64,000 nucleotides of DNA. Source: a virus. How positions within the stretch are numbered: the stretch's first letter is position 1; each line of letters starts with the position of its first letter. Made by a program: the position numbers and the translations under genes. The stretch lies in IMG/VR virus record IMGVR_UViG_3300043468_001540, positions 37,995-101,994 of that record. The stretch is one strand, 5' to 3'. Below are positions 29,641-41,118 of the stretch, piece by piece. The notes under the pieces are model-generated. The model did not search any database, was not told the DNA's origin, and saw only the letters and a program-made list of their open reading frames with translations.

Positions 29641-32600
29641 TTATCTAGCCGGAACTAATATATTAAGTCGGCCCGCATCGATATAATTATACTGCAATGT
29701 CCTCATTATTAATTGTTGATCAGGAGCGAAACATTTAAATTGGCCGTCTACATACTCAGTCAATTCATCAATACCCTCTACAGTACATTTTTTAATATAA
29801 GACCATCCATTCTGTGAGTTACCAGAAAATACTACGGGGTAATTACTTGATCCCGCCATAACGATAGAGCCGTCATTTGATATAACAATATTATTATTTC
29901 CAACTCTATAATCATCTGTTTTTGGAGAGACAAGTTTTTGTTTTAGCGTAAAATTACTAGAAATGAAAGAATCACCAGTAAAGGCCCAAACAGCACCTCT
30001 TTGAGCGTCCCCGGCAATACGAATATCTCCGTAGCCACCTACAAACAACATTGTATTAGAATTACTCATGCGAAGAGTACTGCCAAAAAAATCTTGATTT
30101 GTATTAAAAGTACTAGGAGTATGTCCAGTAGTATCACCATATAATAATTTTCGTGTAGACACTGTCGCCGTACCATTAGGGGCCAAATCAAAATAATGAA
30201 CAGCCCCAGCATTTGTTCCATATCGATCATCAGTATTAGCGCCAATAAAAATTTTCGGAGCTATTCCGCCAATTACTTCTAGACTTGAGCCAAATGACGA
30301 GGCCGCCTTATTTCCAGGAATTGTCTGGAAAGAACTATAAATATTATTTGGATTAGGATCATTTGTTTTCGTGAAAACTCTAACAGATCCACCTACGGTA
30401 TTATCATTTGGCGATCCTACGTACAATTGTTGGGCAGTTGAATTAAATTTTAAAGATCGTAGGTTTAGCATTCCAAAATTTGCTAATAAACTATAAGTTA
30501 AACTAGGTGAAAAAGTATTGACGTATACATTGACATATCCAGTTACGCCTAATGCGTCAGGTGACCCAATCGCTAAATGAGTACCGTCTGTATTAAAAGA
30601 AAGTATTTGTCCAAAATTTCTGTTTACTAGCGGCGTAGGATTTACTATTTTTTGATTCAAATACCAATAAGTCCCATTGTATAAATATATCCAAACCGCT
30701 CCCGTTACCGCATAGTCATCTACGCCAACGGCTAAAATATTCCCATTAGGGCTTAATTGATAATTAAAACCAAAGCCAAGACGCTCCTGTTCCCAGCTAT
30801 ACAAATCCGGTAAGATGTCTTGATATTTTTTATAATTGAAAATCCTTTGACCTGTATATATCCCAGTATCAACATAAGCTTTATTATTAGAAATTAAAGA
30901 GTACCCCGTAAACCCAATTGGTGTCCAAGAATTATCAAACTTAAAAGCTACTGCGCTTATATTTTTAACAGTATTATTTAAATCCCCAGAAAAAGAGCTT
31001 GGAAGAGTATTATTAAAAGCAAGTTCGGCCTCTACCCCCCGACTATTTATTGCTCTCAAACTTATTATATCTGGACTATAAGTAGATTCGAAATCTATAG
31101 CATAACTTTTAATATTTTCACTTATGTCGGACTCGAAACCGAGGAATGAATTATTTGAGTAATCCTTTAAAATTGGAACAAAAGGATAAAGTGTTTTATT
31201 TCTATTGAAAGCTTGCCATCCGGAATAACCACTTTGAATTTTAGAATTAAATATAAATCCAGGTTTAGCGAAAAATGGGTAGGAATTTAGAGGAACCATT
31301 GACGAATCAATAGTGTCGCCTGTGACCCCGGTGTAAACTAAATATGGATTTAAATAGGTGCCACTCAAGTTTGGTTTTCGGACTAAAATGCTACTATATA
31401 AATCAAAATTTTTAATACCATAAAAATCTCCTCCAGGGGTTAATAATCCAGAAGGCACTGTTTTTATATGAGGCCATTCTCGACCAGATTTAATATTTAA
31501 ACGATAATAATCATATCTCCCAGTTCTAGATAATTTTACCCACTTGTCCCCATTCGGATAAAAATGCAAACCACTACCCGAATATAAATTTACCCATGCA
31601 GATCCATTCGTAGAGCCATCTATATCAAAAATAAAAGGATAATATTTTGAATATAAATCCATATTGAGACCTGCATGAGTAACATTCCCCGAGTCGAAGG
31701 AAGAATAATTTCTGAAATAAAAATTGATAGAACCCGTGCTGGAATTTAAATTAAAAAATTCATTTCCAGTAAAAGCCTTTAACGAGTTCTCTGTATTAGT
31801 AGAAGAATAGGCGGTGCCGCTTACGCCCAAAGCCACCCCACTTTTTTCTCCAATAAGAGAAGATAATACCTCGCCAGAAGCATAATCTGAAGAAACATAT
31901 AAGTCGGTTTGGCAAGATCCACCTGAAAAATAAAAAGTATCTTTTGCGTTTAAGACGTCATAATGGCTTCCACTTAAAAATAATTTTTTAGTAGATCCGG
32001 TGAACCGGATTCCTGTTAGAAAAGATCCGCTCCATAAGAAATTATCTTTCTTTATTGGAAAATATCCGTCAAAAATAATAACTCCCTCCCCTGTTGATAA
32101 AACATTATTCCTATAATTTATTTCATCGTTATAAAGACCTTCTATATTAGCATATCCAGAATAAGAGATGAGCTGATCATTCCCACCATAAATAAAAAAT
32201 TCCGGCTGAAGCAATGAAGACGTTAAATATCCTGTTCCAAGAATATCATTTTTGGTAAATGATGGTGGCCGGTAAATAACTTTATTAAAACTTCTCGCTG
32301 GTAAAGAATAGTAATATGTTATATCTCCAGTTGGGTAGACTTTTAGTCTATCAAGATAAGAAGAGTTTCCGGTTGATAATATGTTTTCGAAATTATAATA
32401 TAATCCAGTTCCTACGGAGTAACCAGTTATATAATCATGGCCATGAATAAAACCAGAAAGTGCAGTTTTTAAATTGCCAGTGTATTCGACTTCCCCAGAA
32501 ACTACGCCCGTATTTCCAGATATTCTTTTTAATGCAAATGTAAAATTTCGATTTGTTGGGTATATACTTCTTAATTCATAATTATAATCAATTTCGAAAG

Positions 32601-33351
32601 GAGGATTTCCGGTATTCCCTATAATTCCAGTAAAGCCAGTAATAAAATCTGTAAAGTAAATTGGCGCCTGTTTAATTATAAAATTATAAATCCCAGTAAT
32701 ATCCCCAAAATTAGAATTTAAAGTTAATGTTATAGAATTATTAATATCTCCAGTAATAAATGCTGAAGAAAGAGGTTTTAAAATAAAAGACCCGGAATTC
32801 GGAGGGAATATTAAATTTTTATTATTTTCTGAATATAAGTAATTAAATTTATCAGAAGAAACTTCGCCTGAAAATACTTTAAAAGATTTATTAACATTAA
32901 TATCTATATTTTTAATATACCCAGTAACATTTTGATTCGAAAGAACTATATTTGGTAAACTTATAGAATAAGAAGGAACTGATCCTTCTATATCAATATC
33001 AAAATCAATATCAACTCCAGAAGCTTTAATATAATAACTGTTATAATAATTATTATTTAATTTAGGGTTATATAGACAAACGGGATTATTATTTATAAAA
33101 TAATTTGTATACCCAGAGCCGAGATTTCCAGATATGAATATTGACTCATCTTTATTATAGCTCCAGACATATCGATTATTCGAATCTAAAATTTTACCAT
33201 TATAAAATGTAAATAAATTAAAAGGACCGCCTGACCCGCTAAAACCAAAATCACCCGACCCATAAACATTCCCACAGACGATATTAGAAGAAAAATTAAA
33301 TTCGTTCTGAGCGGCAATACTACGAAAAACTATTCCGGAATTAATAGTCAT
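29641..33351 (-). CDS. tail/baseplate-associated structural protein with C-terminal FG-GAP-like propeller
   Basis: C-terminal GAVWIY, LAIGSP, LYVGSP, FIGANTDD...GAVHYF and GAVWAF repeats; discoidin-like IDGSTNGSAW...YDYYRLNI segment; [ST]G-rich. Confidence 0.65.
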   Translation of the reverse strand: MTINSGIVFRSIAAQNEFNFSSNIVCGNVYGSGDFGFSGSGGPFNLFTFYNGKILDSNNRYVWSYNKDESIFISGNLGSGYTNYFINNNPVCLYNPKLNNNYYNSYYIKASGVDIDFDIDIEGSVPSYSISLPNIVLSNQNVTGYIKNIDINVNKSFKVFSGEVSSDKFNYLYSENNKNLIFPPNSGSFILKPLSSAFITGDINNSITLTLNSNFGDITGIYNFIIKQAPIYFTDFITGFTGIIGNTGNPPFEIDYNYELRSIYPTNRNFTFALKRISGNTGVVSGEVEYTGNLKTALSGFIHGHDYITGYSVGTGLYYNFENILSTGNSSYLDRLKVYPTGDITYYYSLPARSFNKVIYRPPSFTKNDILGTGYLTSSLLQPEFFIYGGNDQLISYSGYANIEGLYNDEINYRNNVLSTGEGVIIFDGYFPIKKDNFLWSGSFLTGIRFTGSTKKLFLSGSHYDVLNAKDTFYFSGGSCQTDLYVSSDYASGEVLSSLIGEKSGVALGVSGTAYSSTNTENSLKAFTGNEFFNLNSSTGSINFYFRNYSSFDSGNVTHAGLNMDLYSKYYPFIFDIDGSTNGSAWVNLYSGSGLHFYPNGDKWVKLSRTGRYDYYRLNIKSGREWPHIKTVPSGLLTPGGDFYGIKNFDLYSSILVRKPNLSGTYLNPYLVYTGVTGDTIDSSMVPLNSYPFFAKPGFIFNSKIQSGYSGWQAFNRNKTLYPFVPILKDYSNNSFLGFESDISENIKSYAIDFESTYSPDIISLRAINSRGVEAELAFNNTLPSSFSGDLNNTVKNISAVAFKFDNSWTPIGFTGYSLISNNKAYVDTGIYTGQRIFNYKKYQDILPDLYSWEQERLGFGFNYQLSPNGNILAVGVDDYAVTGAVWIYLYNGTYWYLNQKIVNPTPLVNRNFGQILSFNTDGTHLAIGSPDALGVTGYVNVYVNTFSPSLTYSLLANFGMLNLRSLKFNSTAQQLYVGSPNDNTVGGSVRVFTKTNDPNPNNIYSSFQTIPGNKAASSFGSSLEVIGGIAPKIFIGANTDDRYGTNAGAVHYFDLAPNGTATVSTRKLLYGDTTGHTPSTFNTNQDFFGSTLRMSNSNTMLFVGGYGDIRIAGDAQRGAVWAFTGDSFISSNFTLKQKLVSPKTDDYRVGNNNIVISNDGSIVMAGSSNYPVVFSGNSQNGWSYIKKCTVEGIDELTEYVDGQFKCFAPDQQLIMRTLQYNYIDAGRLNILVPAR

Positions 33352-33356
33352 AATGA

Positions 33357-35762
33357 TTAACTTGCATTGAAAGAAGTTCTGTTAAATTGCGAATGAACTT
33401 GCCTCATAACAGAAGAATTTTTTGCTGGTTTCGGGCTACGAGTAGAGAAAGTAACTGAGGTTGTAAATCCTTCTGAAGTTAAAGAAACGTCTAGAGATGA
33501 TAAACCGTTAGATGGTGACAACGATACGCCCTCTGGGTTTCCAGCGAATTTGTACGATACGGTTTTTGTTGGAGTGGATGCATCAATATTTTGGGCAACT
33601 GTAATTTCTCCAGTTCTTTTCTTTTGAAAAAAATCTTCTCCAGAATCTGTTTGATTATCAATAGCAACCCTAATTTCAGAAACATCTGACGCGTTACCAA
33701 TGCTTCCGCTTGAAAATAAGAACTGTTTGTTGTCAGAGAGTGTACTAATTTGTTTGACCTCTACATTGACAGTTGTTATAACTCTATATGATCCATAAGA
33801 TGGAGTAGAAAAAGTAATATTACCCCCTCCATTCATACTTATTGTGCATTCTTTTGCTTTCTTAGAAATCAGTCCACTTACAAAATCAGCCTCATTTTGA
33901 TTTGGTTGAGAGTTATTAATTTCTTTCATTAACTTTTGTCTAGCTTCATCTTTTGCAGAAGTACATTGAGATGCTTCTAGTCGTTTCTCATAATCTGAGC
34001 AGGTCTTTGTTCCACTAGACGCGTTAGCGTCTCTAATTTCCTCCCATGTTTTTTCTAAATCATTTTCTCCAGTAGACAAACTAACAGACAATCCAATTTT
34101 TGATTGAATCAAACTTACAGTTGGAAGTATGAATATAGCATTAAATGGATCTTTTGCACTTACTAATTTAGCGTTAACTAGGTATGCCAAAGCGCCACTT
34201 TCTTTTAAATCAACAACCAATGGCGAACAATTTTGTATATCTTGCAACTTAGATCCTAAATTAAGCTTTTCTTGTAAAAAAGCAGAGTCATTACTCATTT
34301 CTCCTCCACGATCAAACATTCTTTTTCCAGAGAACTCAGCGCTTTCAACTTCTTCAACCGTACCCTCCGGGTCTACACTAATATCTACTTCAGCAACCGC
34401 TTTAGTTGAACAGTAGAAAAACGATCCAGATTTAGCCGACATTCTATACCATTTACCAATCTTTGTTAATAATTCTTGCTCTAATTCGGCTAATTTATCC
34501 GCAAATCCTGTGTCATAGCAACCTAATTTTGTAACATATCCAGGCAAACCAACTGCATTGAATTTTTCTAGTTCTACGATCGCATCAGCATATCCAATTT
34601 TTTTTAATAAATCTATAGTTTTAATTTTATCAATATCTCTAAAAGCTCCTTTTGTACTTTGAATCCCAATAGCCTCGTAGTGACCTTTGGAATAAGAGTG
34701 AAAATCTCTCAATGGTCTAGATACATAACCCACCATAGCAGCGGTTAAAATTTCATCTAAAGTCCTATTTCCATAATATTTGCCGCTCTCATTTCCTGTT
34801 AAAGATATTGACTTTCCAGATCTATTCAAAAAATAACTTATATTTACCGGAACAGCACTATGAGCGCTTTTTAAAGTTTTAGATGCGCTTAGTTCTTTTA
34901 AGGGTTCTTTCGGGCGAGCCGTATAAGCAACAGCATATTGCCGGTAAGTACCCTCTAAAGAAGCTGATTCATTTTTTGAAATTATACTAGGAGAAATATT
35001 GGAAGAAGGTATCGAAGAAATTCCTTGAGAGGTATTATAAAAATAAAGAGAATCGCTCGAATAATCCCAAAAAAAATCGTACCCTAGATCCGCGCACCAT
35101 GAAGAAAGAACCTCTCTCAAACTTCCTTCATAAGAAGCTTGTAATACACTATTATTTGGAGCATTTCTTACAGAAAATGGTAGAGCCGACTTTAAGTCAT
35201 TAAAAGTATAATATGTATCTGGAATATCACATTTACTATCAGGCCACTTCTCTCTTCCTAGTATTAAAGCATCTCCGACCCAACTCGGAGATTGAGAATA
35301 AACTGTTCTAGTTATACTTGTTTTTCCAAGCTGAATTTCCCTAAAATTTAAATTAGGGAACGGAGATCCCTCCATAGAAGGGACGAGAGTAGATTCGTCA
35401 GATAAACTAATCTCTTTGGCTACTTGGGAACCGGAGCCAGTTTTTCCAAGAAGACCTCTTTTCCATAATACCACATATTTTCTATCTAATTGAATGCTAT
35501 TATCAACTAATTGAACCTCCAAAGTTTTTTCTTCAGCGCTGTTATTTAAAGAATAAGACCACACTATCCCATTAAAACTAAACCCAGCGAAACTAACAGA
35601 CTGTCTTGAATTTAAAGTTGGAGTACTATAGGTGCCATTCTCATTAACAATATTTAAAACTAATTTAGAAGGACTGTTTGAAAAATTGGATGATAAATTC
35701 ATTCCATAAATAACACCTCCGAAAGACGGTCCAGATATATTTGGTATTGTTTTGATAGCCAT
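33357..35762 (-). CDS. putative baseplate hub / tail-tip protein
   Basis: Lies downstream of the tape measure gene; beta-rich; GSLREVLSSWCADLGYDFFWD is a hub-like segment. Confidence 0.5.
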   Translation of the reverse strand: MAIKTIPNISGPSFGGVIYGMNLSSNFSNSPSKLVLNIVNENGTYSTPTLNSRQSVSFAGFSFNGIVWSYSLNNSAEEKTLEVQLVDNSIQLDRKYVVLWKRGLLGKTGSGSQVAKEISLSDESTLVPSMEGSPFPNLNFREIQLGKTSITRTVYSQSPSWVGDALILGREKWPDSKCDIPDTYYTFNDLKSALPFSVRNAPNNSVLQASYEGSLREVLSSWCADLGYDFFWDYSSDSLYFYNTSQGISSIPSSNISPSIISKNESASLEGTYRQYAVAYTARPKEPLKELSASKTLKSAHSAVPVNISYFLNRSGKSISLTGNESGKYYGNRTLDEILTAAMVGYVSRPLRDFHSYSKGHYEAIGIQSTKGAFRDIDKIKTIDLLKKIGYADAIVELEKFNAVGLPGYVTKLGCYDTGFADKLAELEQELLTKIGKWYRMSAKSGSFFYCSTKAVAEVDISVDPEGTVEEVESAEFSGKRMFDRGGEMSNDSAFLQEKLNLGSKLQDIQNCSPLVVDLKESGALAYLVNAKLVSAKDPFNAIFILPTVSLIQSKIGLSVSLSTGENDLEKTWEEIRDANASSGTKTCSDYEKRLEASQCTSAKDEARQKLMKEINNSQPNQNEADFVSGLISKKAKECTISMNGGGNITFSTPSYGSYRVITTVNVEVKQISTLSDNKQFLFSSGSIGNASDVSEIRVAIDNQTDSGEDFFQKKRTGEITVAQNIDASTPTKTVSYKFAGNPEGVSLSPSNGLSSLDVSLTSEGFTTSVTFSTRSPKPAKNSSVMRQVHSQFNRTSFNAS

Positions 35763-35812
35763 TCCTTAAATTTCCTTCCTACTTTTAATAATTACACATT
35801 TTAATATATGTT

Positions 35813-37849
35813 TTAAATATTAAAAAATCTATTCTCATTTTTATCTAAAATTAATTGTTTTAGAGGCGCTTCCATAAATATGCCAGAAATCAAGTCAAAG
35901 TTAGAATTTTCACAATAGTCTATGTTCAATCTTTGTCTATTTCCAGTAATGAATAACATAGATGTCCCATTATTAAACCCAGATTCTGTACCGATAGACC
36001 CACTATTAAATAACTTATAAGTAAATTTTGGGTGTAATCTACAAGTGTAGTAAGTATTTGGGCTAGAATTATTAGCAGTTAAGTAAACATCTCCATTTAA
36101 ACTGTTAACAAAATAATCTAACCCATAAGTCAGTTTTTTATCATTCCTATAAAGAAAACCGCCCGAAACCCCAGATCCAATTCCAGTAAATCTACCAAGA
36201 ATAGACCCAACGGTGTACGAATCTTTTCTTATTGTTTGCGTTGAGCCAGTAAAATTATCATAAAAAATACCTGATATTCCAGAATATTTAGATCCAGTAT
36301 TTAAATACAAATAATTTTCAAAAATACTATAATCTAAATTTGGAGATATATAATTATCATATTCAATAGAATATAAAGAATATCCAGAAGATATAATATG
36401 AGAGTTCTTATCTGTAAAAACAGAGATTCCCGATCCAGAAACTGTTCCCGTAATAATATTATTAGCAAGAAATTTATTTGAATATGCATCATAGGGCATA
36501 TTTGCATTATAAATTAATGCTGTTGGGGAGTAATCTTCAGCAAAAAATTCTCCAGATTTTATATATTTTCCAGTTAAAGATGGGGATAAGACAGATATCT
36601 GAGAATAAGATAAAGATTGCAAGTAATCTTTGTCTATATCATAAACAATATCTCCGGTGACTCTAAAAATATCATCACAAACAGTTCCGGTTACATAAAC
36701 ACTTTCAGGATTCCATATGTCTCCCGTTAAATCAATCGTTTCACCCCCTGTAATAAAAATAAGTCCGGTTAAGGGTTCTTTAATATTTTTATATTCTGTT
36801 ATTAGTCCAGAACCTGGGTATGTTTTAATTATAGGGTGGCTAATTTTACATAAGTCGTAATAATATCCTACCGTAACACTATAAAACCCAGTAAATCCAG
36901 TATAACTATATCCAGATAAATATTCGTTATACCCAGTAACACCAGTAAAACCGCTTGTAAACCCAGAAAAATAAGATCCAGTTACTCCAGTAGTATACGA
37001 ACCCGAATTGCTTATATATCCAGTTGTATAACATATTTGTTCTGTATATCCCGCATACCCATTAAAATTTGAGTACATTGCTCGCGCGATTTGATTCGCG
37101 TAAATCATGGGCATATTAAAAATGTTATAAAATTTATCAACCCGCCCGCTAAAATTTTTTGAGCCAGCAAAAGCCCACGGCGCTCTAGCTATTTGTTGAG
37201 ACTGGCTTAAATTTAAAACACCAGTAGAATAATAACCTCCTAGGTAAAGAGTAGAAGAATCTATACAATTATTTTTATAAATATCAAAATATTCATAATC
37301 AAATTCTTGTGTATTATTATTAAACCGACCGAGCGCGATATTGGACTGAGTTCTATTTAGCAATATTAAATTTTTATTTGATAATATTTTTTCATACGTA
37401 AAAGTATAAACTTGATCAACAGTATTCCAGTATTTAAAATATAATTTATTAGCTGCATTTACACCCAAACAAAAACCGGAAAAAAATGGATTAGTACCCT
37501 GTATAGATGACATTAGTATTTCGTCATCAGAACGGTTTCTTTGGAACGATAAAAATATAGTAGAATTCGTTAAAGAAAAATCTCGATTTGGAACATACCC
37601 ATTTGTAAAATACATCAAAGAAGAATCCCCGTCAAAATCTATAGCTCCAGATTTAAAAACTTTACCCCAGTTGTTATTAACTAATACGCCCGTTGCCGAA
37701 CCCGTAGCCCAAGGTTCTGGATAAATATTAGAATTTGACTTCTCTCCAGAATAAAAAGAAAAAGCGGCTTTAAAATCCTGCTCCGGAATCCCAAGAAAGT
37801 CTGCTGCAAATTCTACCCCAGTGTAAAGTTTTCCATTATAAATATCCAT
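35813..37849 (-). CDS. structural protein with LamG/ConA-like N-terminal domain
   Basis: SGAIDFDG...LYLGG...FSGRVDKF pattern; very [ST]G-rich. Start moved to the ATG at 37849 (MDIYNG) to remove the overlap in the track call. Confidence 0.55.
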   Translation of the reverse strand: MDIYNGKLYTGVEFAADFLGIPEQDFKAAFSFYSGEKSNSNIYPEPWATGSATGVLVNNNWGKVFKSGAIDFDGDSSLMYFTNGYVPNRDFSLTNSTIFLSFQRNRSDDEILMSSIQGTNPFFSGFCLGVNAANKLYFKYWNTVDQVYTFTYEKILSNKNLILLNRTQSNIALGRFNNNTQEFDYEYFDIYKNNCIDSSTLYLGGYYSTGVLNLSQSQQIARAPWAFAGSKNFSGRVDKFYNIFNMPMIYANQIARAMYSNFNGYAGYTEQICYTTGYISNSGSYTTGVTGSYFSGFTSGFTGVTGYNEYLSGYSYTGFTGFYSVTVGYYYDLCKISHPIIKTYPGSGLITEYKNIKEPLTGLIFITGGETIDLTGDIWNPESVYVTGTVCDDIFRVTGDIVYDIDKDYLQSLSYSQISVLSPSLTGKYIKSGEFFAEDYSPTALIYNANMPYDAYSNKFLANNIITGTVSGSGISVFTDKNSHIISSGYSLYSIEYDNYISPNLDYSIFENYLYLNTGSKYSGISGIFYDNFTGSTQTIRKDSYTVGSILGRFTGIGSGVSGGFLYRNDKKLTYGLDYFVNSLNGDVYLTANNSSPNTYYTCRLHPKFTYKLFNSGSIGTESGFNNGTSMLFITGNRQRLNIDYCENSNFDLISGIFMEAPLKQLILDKNENRFFNI

Positions 37850-37854
37850 AATTT

Positions 37855-39450
37855 TTATGTAAGTGGCGTGATCGGCCCTTGAAACGACCACGTCTCATCA
37901 ATAGAGACAGTTTTTGTCTCATTTGATATAGTTTTATTTTGATTCTCCAAAACAGGATTTAAGCCTAGACTTGTATACTGGCTAATAACTCTTGAAACCT
38001 CTTGTTGAACTATAGTTAATAAGGTATTAATTTGAGCAGATGGTTTTCCCACTATACTAACAGAAGAAGTTATTTTAGATCTAGGACTAGTTCCTAGATT
38101 TTGAACATTATGCTCCCTTGCTAAAAACGCAGAAGTTAATGGGGTATGAATTGTTACGGCTGGTATATAACTTACGTTAGAAGTTAAGGAAAGTGCGTCT
38201 GGGTGCAGAGCAGTTTTTTTGTCAGAATACTCCACCTTATAAGATATTGTTGCATTATATTGATCATAAGTAATGCTCTCATTTAAAGCTTTATTGAGTA
38301 AAGTATTCGTAGAACCAACTTCTTTCGTATATTCATCAGAAGCAAACGAAAAAGGTTTAAAAGTCTGACGAAAGTAATCTTGAACTTTTTGCCACCTTGT
38401 TACTATATTTCCATATTTACAAGTAATATTGGCTGAAACGGTAACATTAGTCGTACATTTCAACACATCCTGATCGATAGTAATCTCTAAATCATTATCT
38501 ATCTCGGTAGAGAAATCATCATTAAAAGAAGCGGAAAAAGAAAGCTGATTTATATGAGGAGATTCTGTTACTTCTTGCGACAAAAATCTATTAGACAGCA
38601 CTTTTTTAAAAATATTTATACTTGCGTTATTACAAATATTAAATAAATTTAATTTATTAAAATCTGATCGCAAATTAGTAATATTGTTACTTGATAAAGT
38701 CCCATTTATTGTTACAGAAACAAAATTATCTTCCGTATTAGAAGAAATATCTAAAGTATAAGAGAGAATAGAATTAGATGGATTTTCTTTATTTATCGAT
38801 TTTTTATAAGTACCTTCCCAAGAATAAGTATTATTAAATCTGTCTATTGTTTCGGTCTCAGTTTGTAACAAGAATGCATTAGAATTATTTTTAACAAGAA
38901 TCGGATTAATCGTGGGTAGAGCTTTTCTTTGCGTAACCCATTCTTTTGCATTTTGTATTCCATTTTTAGATTGAGTTACGATACCATCCGCTGAAATTTT
39001 TCTTGTATAATTTGTTATATCATCAGAATCCTCTGAGAATGAAATTTCATCAACAGGATTCATCACACCGAAACTTTCAGAAAACAATTTTTGATCGTAA
39101 ATGGAGATATCTATCGAATATGGAGTAAGCGCATACCATTTAGATTCTTCAAAATTAATAGACTTAATAATAGTATTATAACCAGTATATATAGGTACGC
39201 CGCTTTCTCTTATCTCTAAAGTTTTAAAATTTTGTCTAAAATTATCCAGCAACTTATCTTTTGCCTCGTTTAAATAGTAAAAACTGTTTTCTCCGCCAAT
39301 ATATTTACCTGAAATTTGACCCTCTAAAGTTAAATTTGTTACTTGATTCCATTTTTTACCAAAATCTATAAATTCCTGACTCACGCCAACAAAAGGCGTC
39401 GGACCTAAACCCGAAAAAGCATTTTTTCCATTATAATAGATTTCGACCAT
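37855..39450 (-). CDS. tail structural protein (beta-rich, possibly paralogous to 39456..41114)
   Basis: Position after the tape measure gene; repeated beta-strand patterns (LTLEGQI, VTINGTL). Confidence 0.55.
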   Translation of the reverse strand: MVEIYYNGKNAFSGLGPTPFVGVSQEFIDFGKKWNQVTNLTLEGQISGKYIGGENSFYYLNEAKDKLLDNFRQNFKTLEIRESGVPIYTGYNTIIKSINFEESKWYALTPYSIDISIYDQKLFSESFGVMNPVDEISFSEDSDDITNYTRKISADGIVTQSKNGIQNAKEWVTQRKALPTINPILVKNNSNAFLLQTETETIDRFNNTYSWEGTYKKSINKENPSNSILSYTLDISSNTEDNFVSVTINGTLSSNNITNLRSDFNKLNLFNICNNASINIFKKVLSNRFLSQEVTESPHINQLSFSASFNDDFSTEIDNDLEITIDQDVLKCTTNVTVSANITCKYGNIVTRWQKVQDYFRQTFKPFSFASDEYTKEVGSTNTLLNKALNESITYDQYNATISYKVEYSDKKTALHPDALSLTSNVSYIPAVTIHTPLTSAFLAREHNVQNLGTSPRSKITSSVSIVGKPSAQINTLLTIVQQEVSRVISQYTSLGLNPVLENQNKTISNETKTVSIDETWSFQGPITPLT

Positions 39451-39455
39451 ATGCT

Positions 39456-41114
39456 TTAAGAATATTTATATATCTCCTCGTATGTAAGTGTTTTCTCTAT
39501 CTCATCGGAAGTAAAGCTGGCTGATTCTAAATACTGATCTTTATGTGGCCCAGTAAAACTATTACGATTGAAACCCGCTTTTAATTTCATCGAAGCTAAA
39601 TAATCCAAGCCTCTAAATTGCTGATCGGCAGAAACGCACCCAACTTCTAATTTAACTGATACTTTATGCTCGCCCAGTTTTAATTTCCCAACGTTTTGTT
39701 GTAAAGCATATTTTCTATTTGGAATAATATAATCTTTAACTATAGGCATTAATCCAGAGTCACTTCTTTCCACTGTAAATTTTTGTGCGCCGGTAATAGC
39801 CGGATCATCACTATACGAATAAGAATAAGAAATTTCACCAATGGCTATCTTTTTTGTTACGTTCTTATTTGTATTTTTTAAACCCGCTCCGCTCTTATCT
39901 TTCGCGTCAAGATTGTAATATCCGTTTACTCGTGAAAAAATACCACTTTTAATATTAGTCCAACCCGTGGAAGCATTAGTATATCTTTCATTTGTATTTT
40001 TTTTACCAAGTCCTTTTATGGAGCCATCTTCCGCTGCGGTCCAAATTCCACTATTATCCCTATTCAAAGTAATAGACCTCTCAAAAGAATATGTGTTGTT
40101 TGCATTTTTCTGGTCATTGGTGAAAGTAATAGTATAATCAGCAGTACCTTCGAATTTATTTATTTGAGTAGTCTTTTCTACTATATAAGTAGTATTTAAG
40201 CTAGGAGCACCGGTTAATCCAAATTTAGTTATATAATTATTAAAAAAATTTGTACATCTAGACGCTGGATTCGGAGATACAGTAGCTTCTAATTGTTCTC
40301 TCAATGCTAAAAGTAAATTGTCCTCTTTAGAGGGGGTATTTGATTCAGCTTTTATCGAGCATTTTTCGGTAACAGTTGCTATTCCATCTTCTGATAGGTT
40401 TAAAGAAAAATCTCTATTTACAGAATATGGTTTAGTTGTATTATTTCCAGTATTATATGAAAAACTTTTTTGAAAACCACATTTACCCGCAATCAAATCA
40501 TAAGTTTCGCTATATGTAGAAATATGATCAGTTCTGTATGTATATACGCCAGTAGCCAAACTACTAGGCAGGGTTTTAAGCAAATCATACCCCAAATTCT
40601 GAGCAAGCGCAATAAGATCTAAATTGTCAGAAGTATCATTAGCATCATATTGGACATCTACAGAGTGCTCCCCTTCTAAAACTCTATTATGCGAATCAAA
40701 ATTTAAAGTCAAAGACTCGCTTAAATCTTTAATTAAATAAAGTTTTTTATTTAATATATTTAAACCATTAAATTCAGTTCCATATTTATTTTGTTGTAAA
40801 TCAAAAGTAGATTTAACATTCAAAGTGGCTTTATATTGGGTTGTTCTCACCCAATTACCAGAATCAATAGATAATTCAGTTACCTTCCCAAAGCCAAAAG
40901 GTTCACCATTAATAATAACCTCTTGAAGATTCTTGGCTTCATTTAAAAGCGTCATCGCCCCACCAAAAACTTTTTTTACCCCATTTGAATTCATTAAATC
41001 CAATATATAACCCTGTATTGTTATAACTTTAGTACAAGATATAACAAAAGAGTTCTCTCCCATGAAATTATTTTCATGAGAATATCCCATTAAATTTACA
41101 TTATCAAATATCAT
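39456..41114 (-). CDS. tail structural protein (distal-tail position)
   Basis: Immediately downstream of the tape measure gene. Start moved to the ATG at 41114 (MIFDNV), which follows a TAAAATT leader. Confidence 0.55.
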   Translation of the reverse strand: MIFDNVNLMGYSHENNFMGENSFVISCTKVITIQGYILDLMNSNGVKKVFGGAMTLLNEAKNLQEVIINGEPFGFGKVTELSIDSGNWVRTTQYKATLNVKSTFDLQQNKYGTEFNGLNILNKKLYLIKDLSESLTLNFDSHNRVLEGEHSVDVQYDANDTSDNLDLIALAQNLGYDLLKTLPSSLATGVYTYRTDHISTYSETYDLIAGKCGFQKSFSYNTGNNTTKPYSVNRDFSLNLSEDGIATVTEKCSIKAESNTPSKEDNLLLALREQLEATVSPNPASRCTNFFNNYITKFGLTGAPSLNTTYIVEKTTQINKFEGTADYTITFTNDQKNANNTYSFERSITLNRDNSGIWTAAEDGSIKGLGKKNTNERYTNASTGWTNIKSGIFSRVNGYYNLDAKDKSGAGLKNTNKNVTKKIAIGEISYSYSYSDDPAITGAQKFTVERSDSGLMPIVKDYIIPNRKYALQQNVGKLKLGEHKVSVKLEVGCVSADQQFRGLDYLASMKLKAGFNRNSFTGPHKDQYLESASFTSDEIEKTLTYEEIYKYS

Positions 41115-41118
41115 AATT

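Noticed and set aside
37580-37610. NGYVPNRDF in the LamG-like protein as another GYIPNFA site
   Set aside because: Single partial match lacking FA and the basic/Ala prefix; likely chance.
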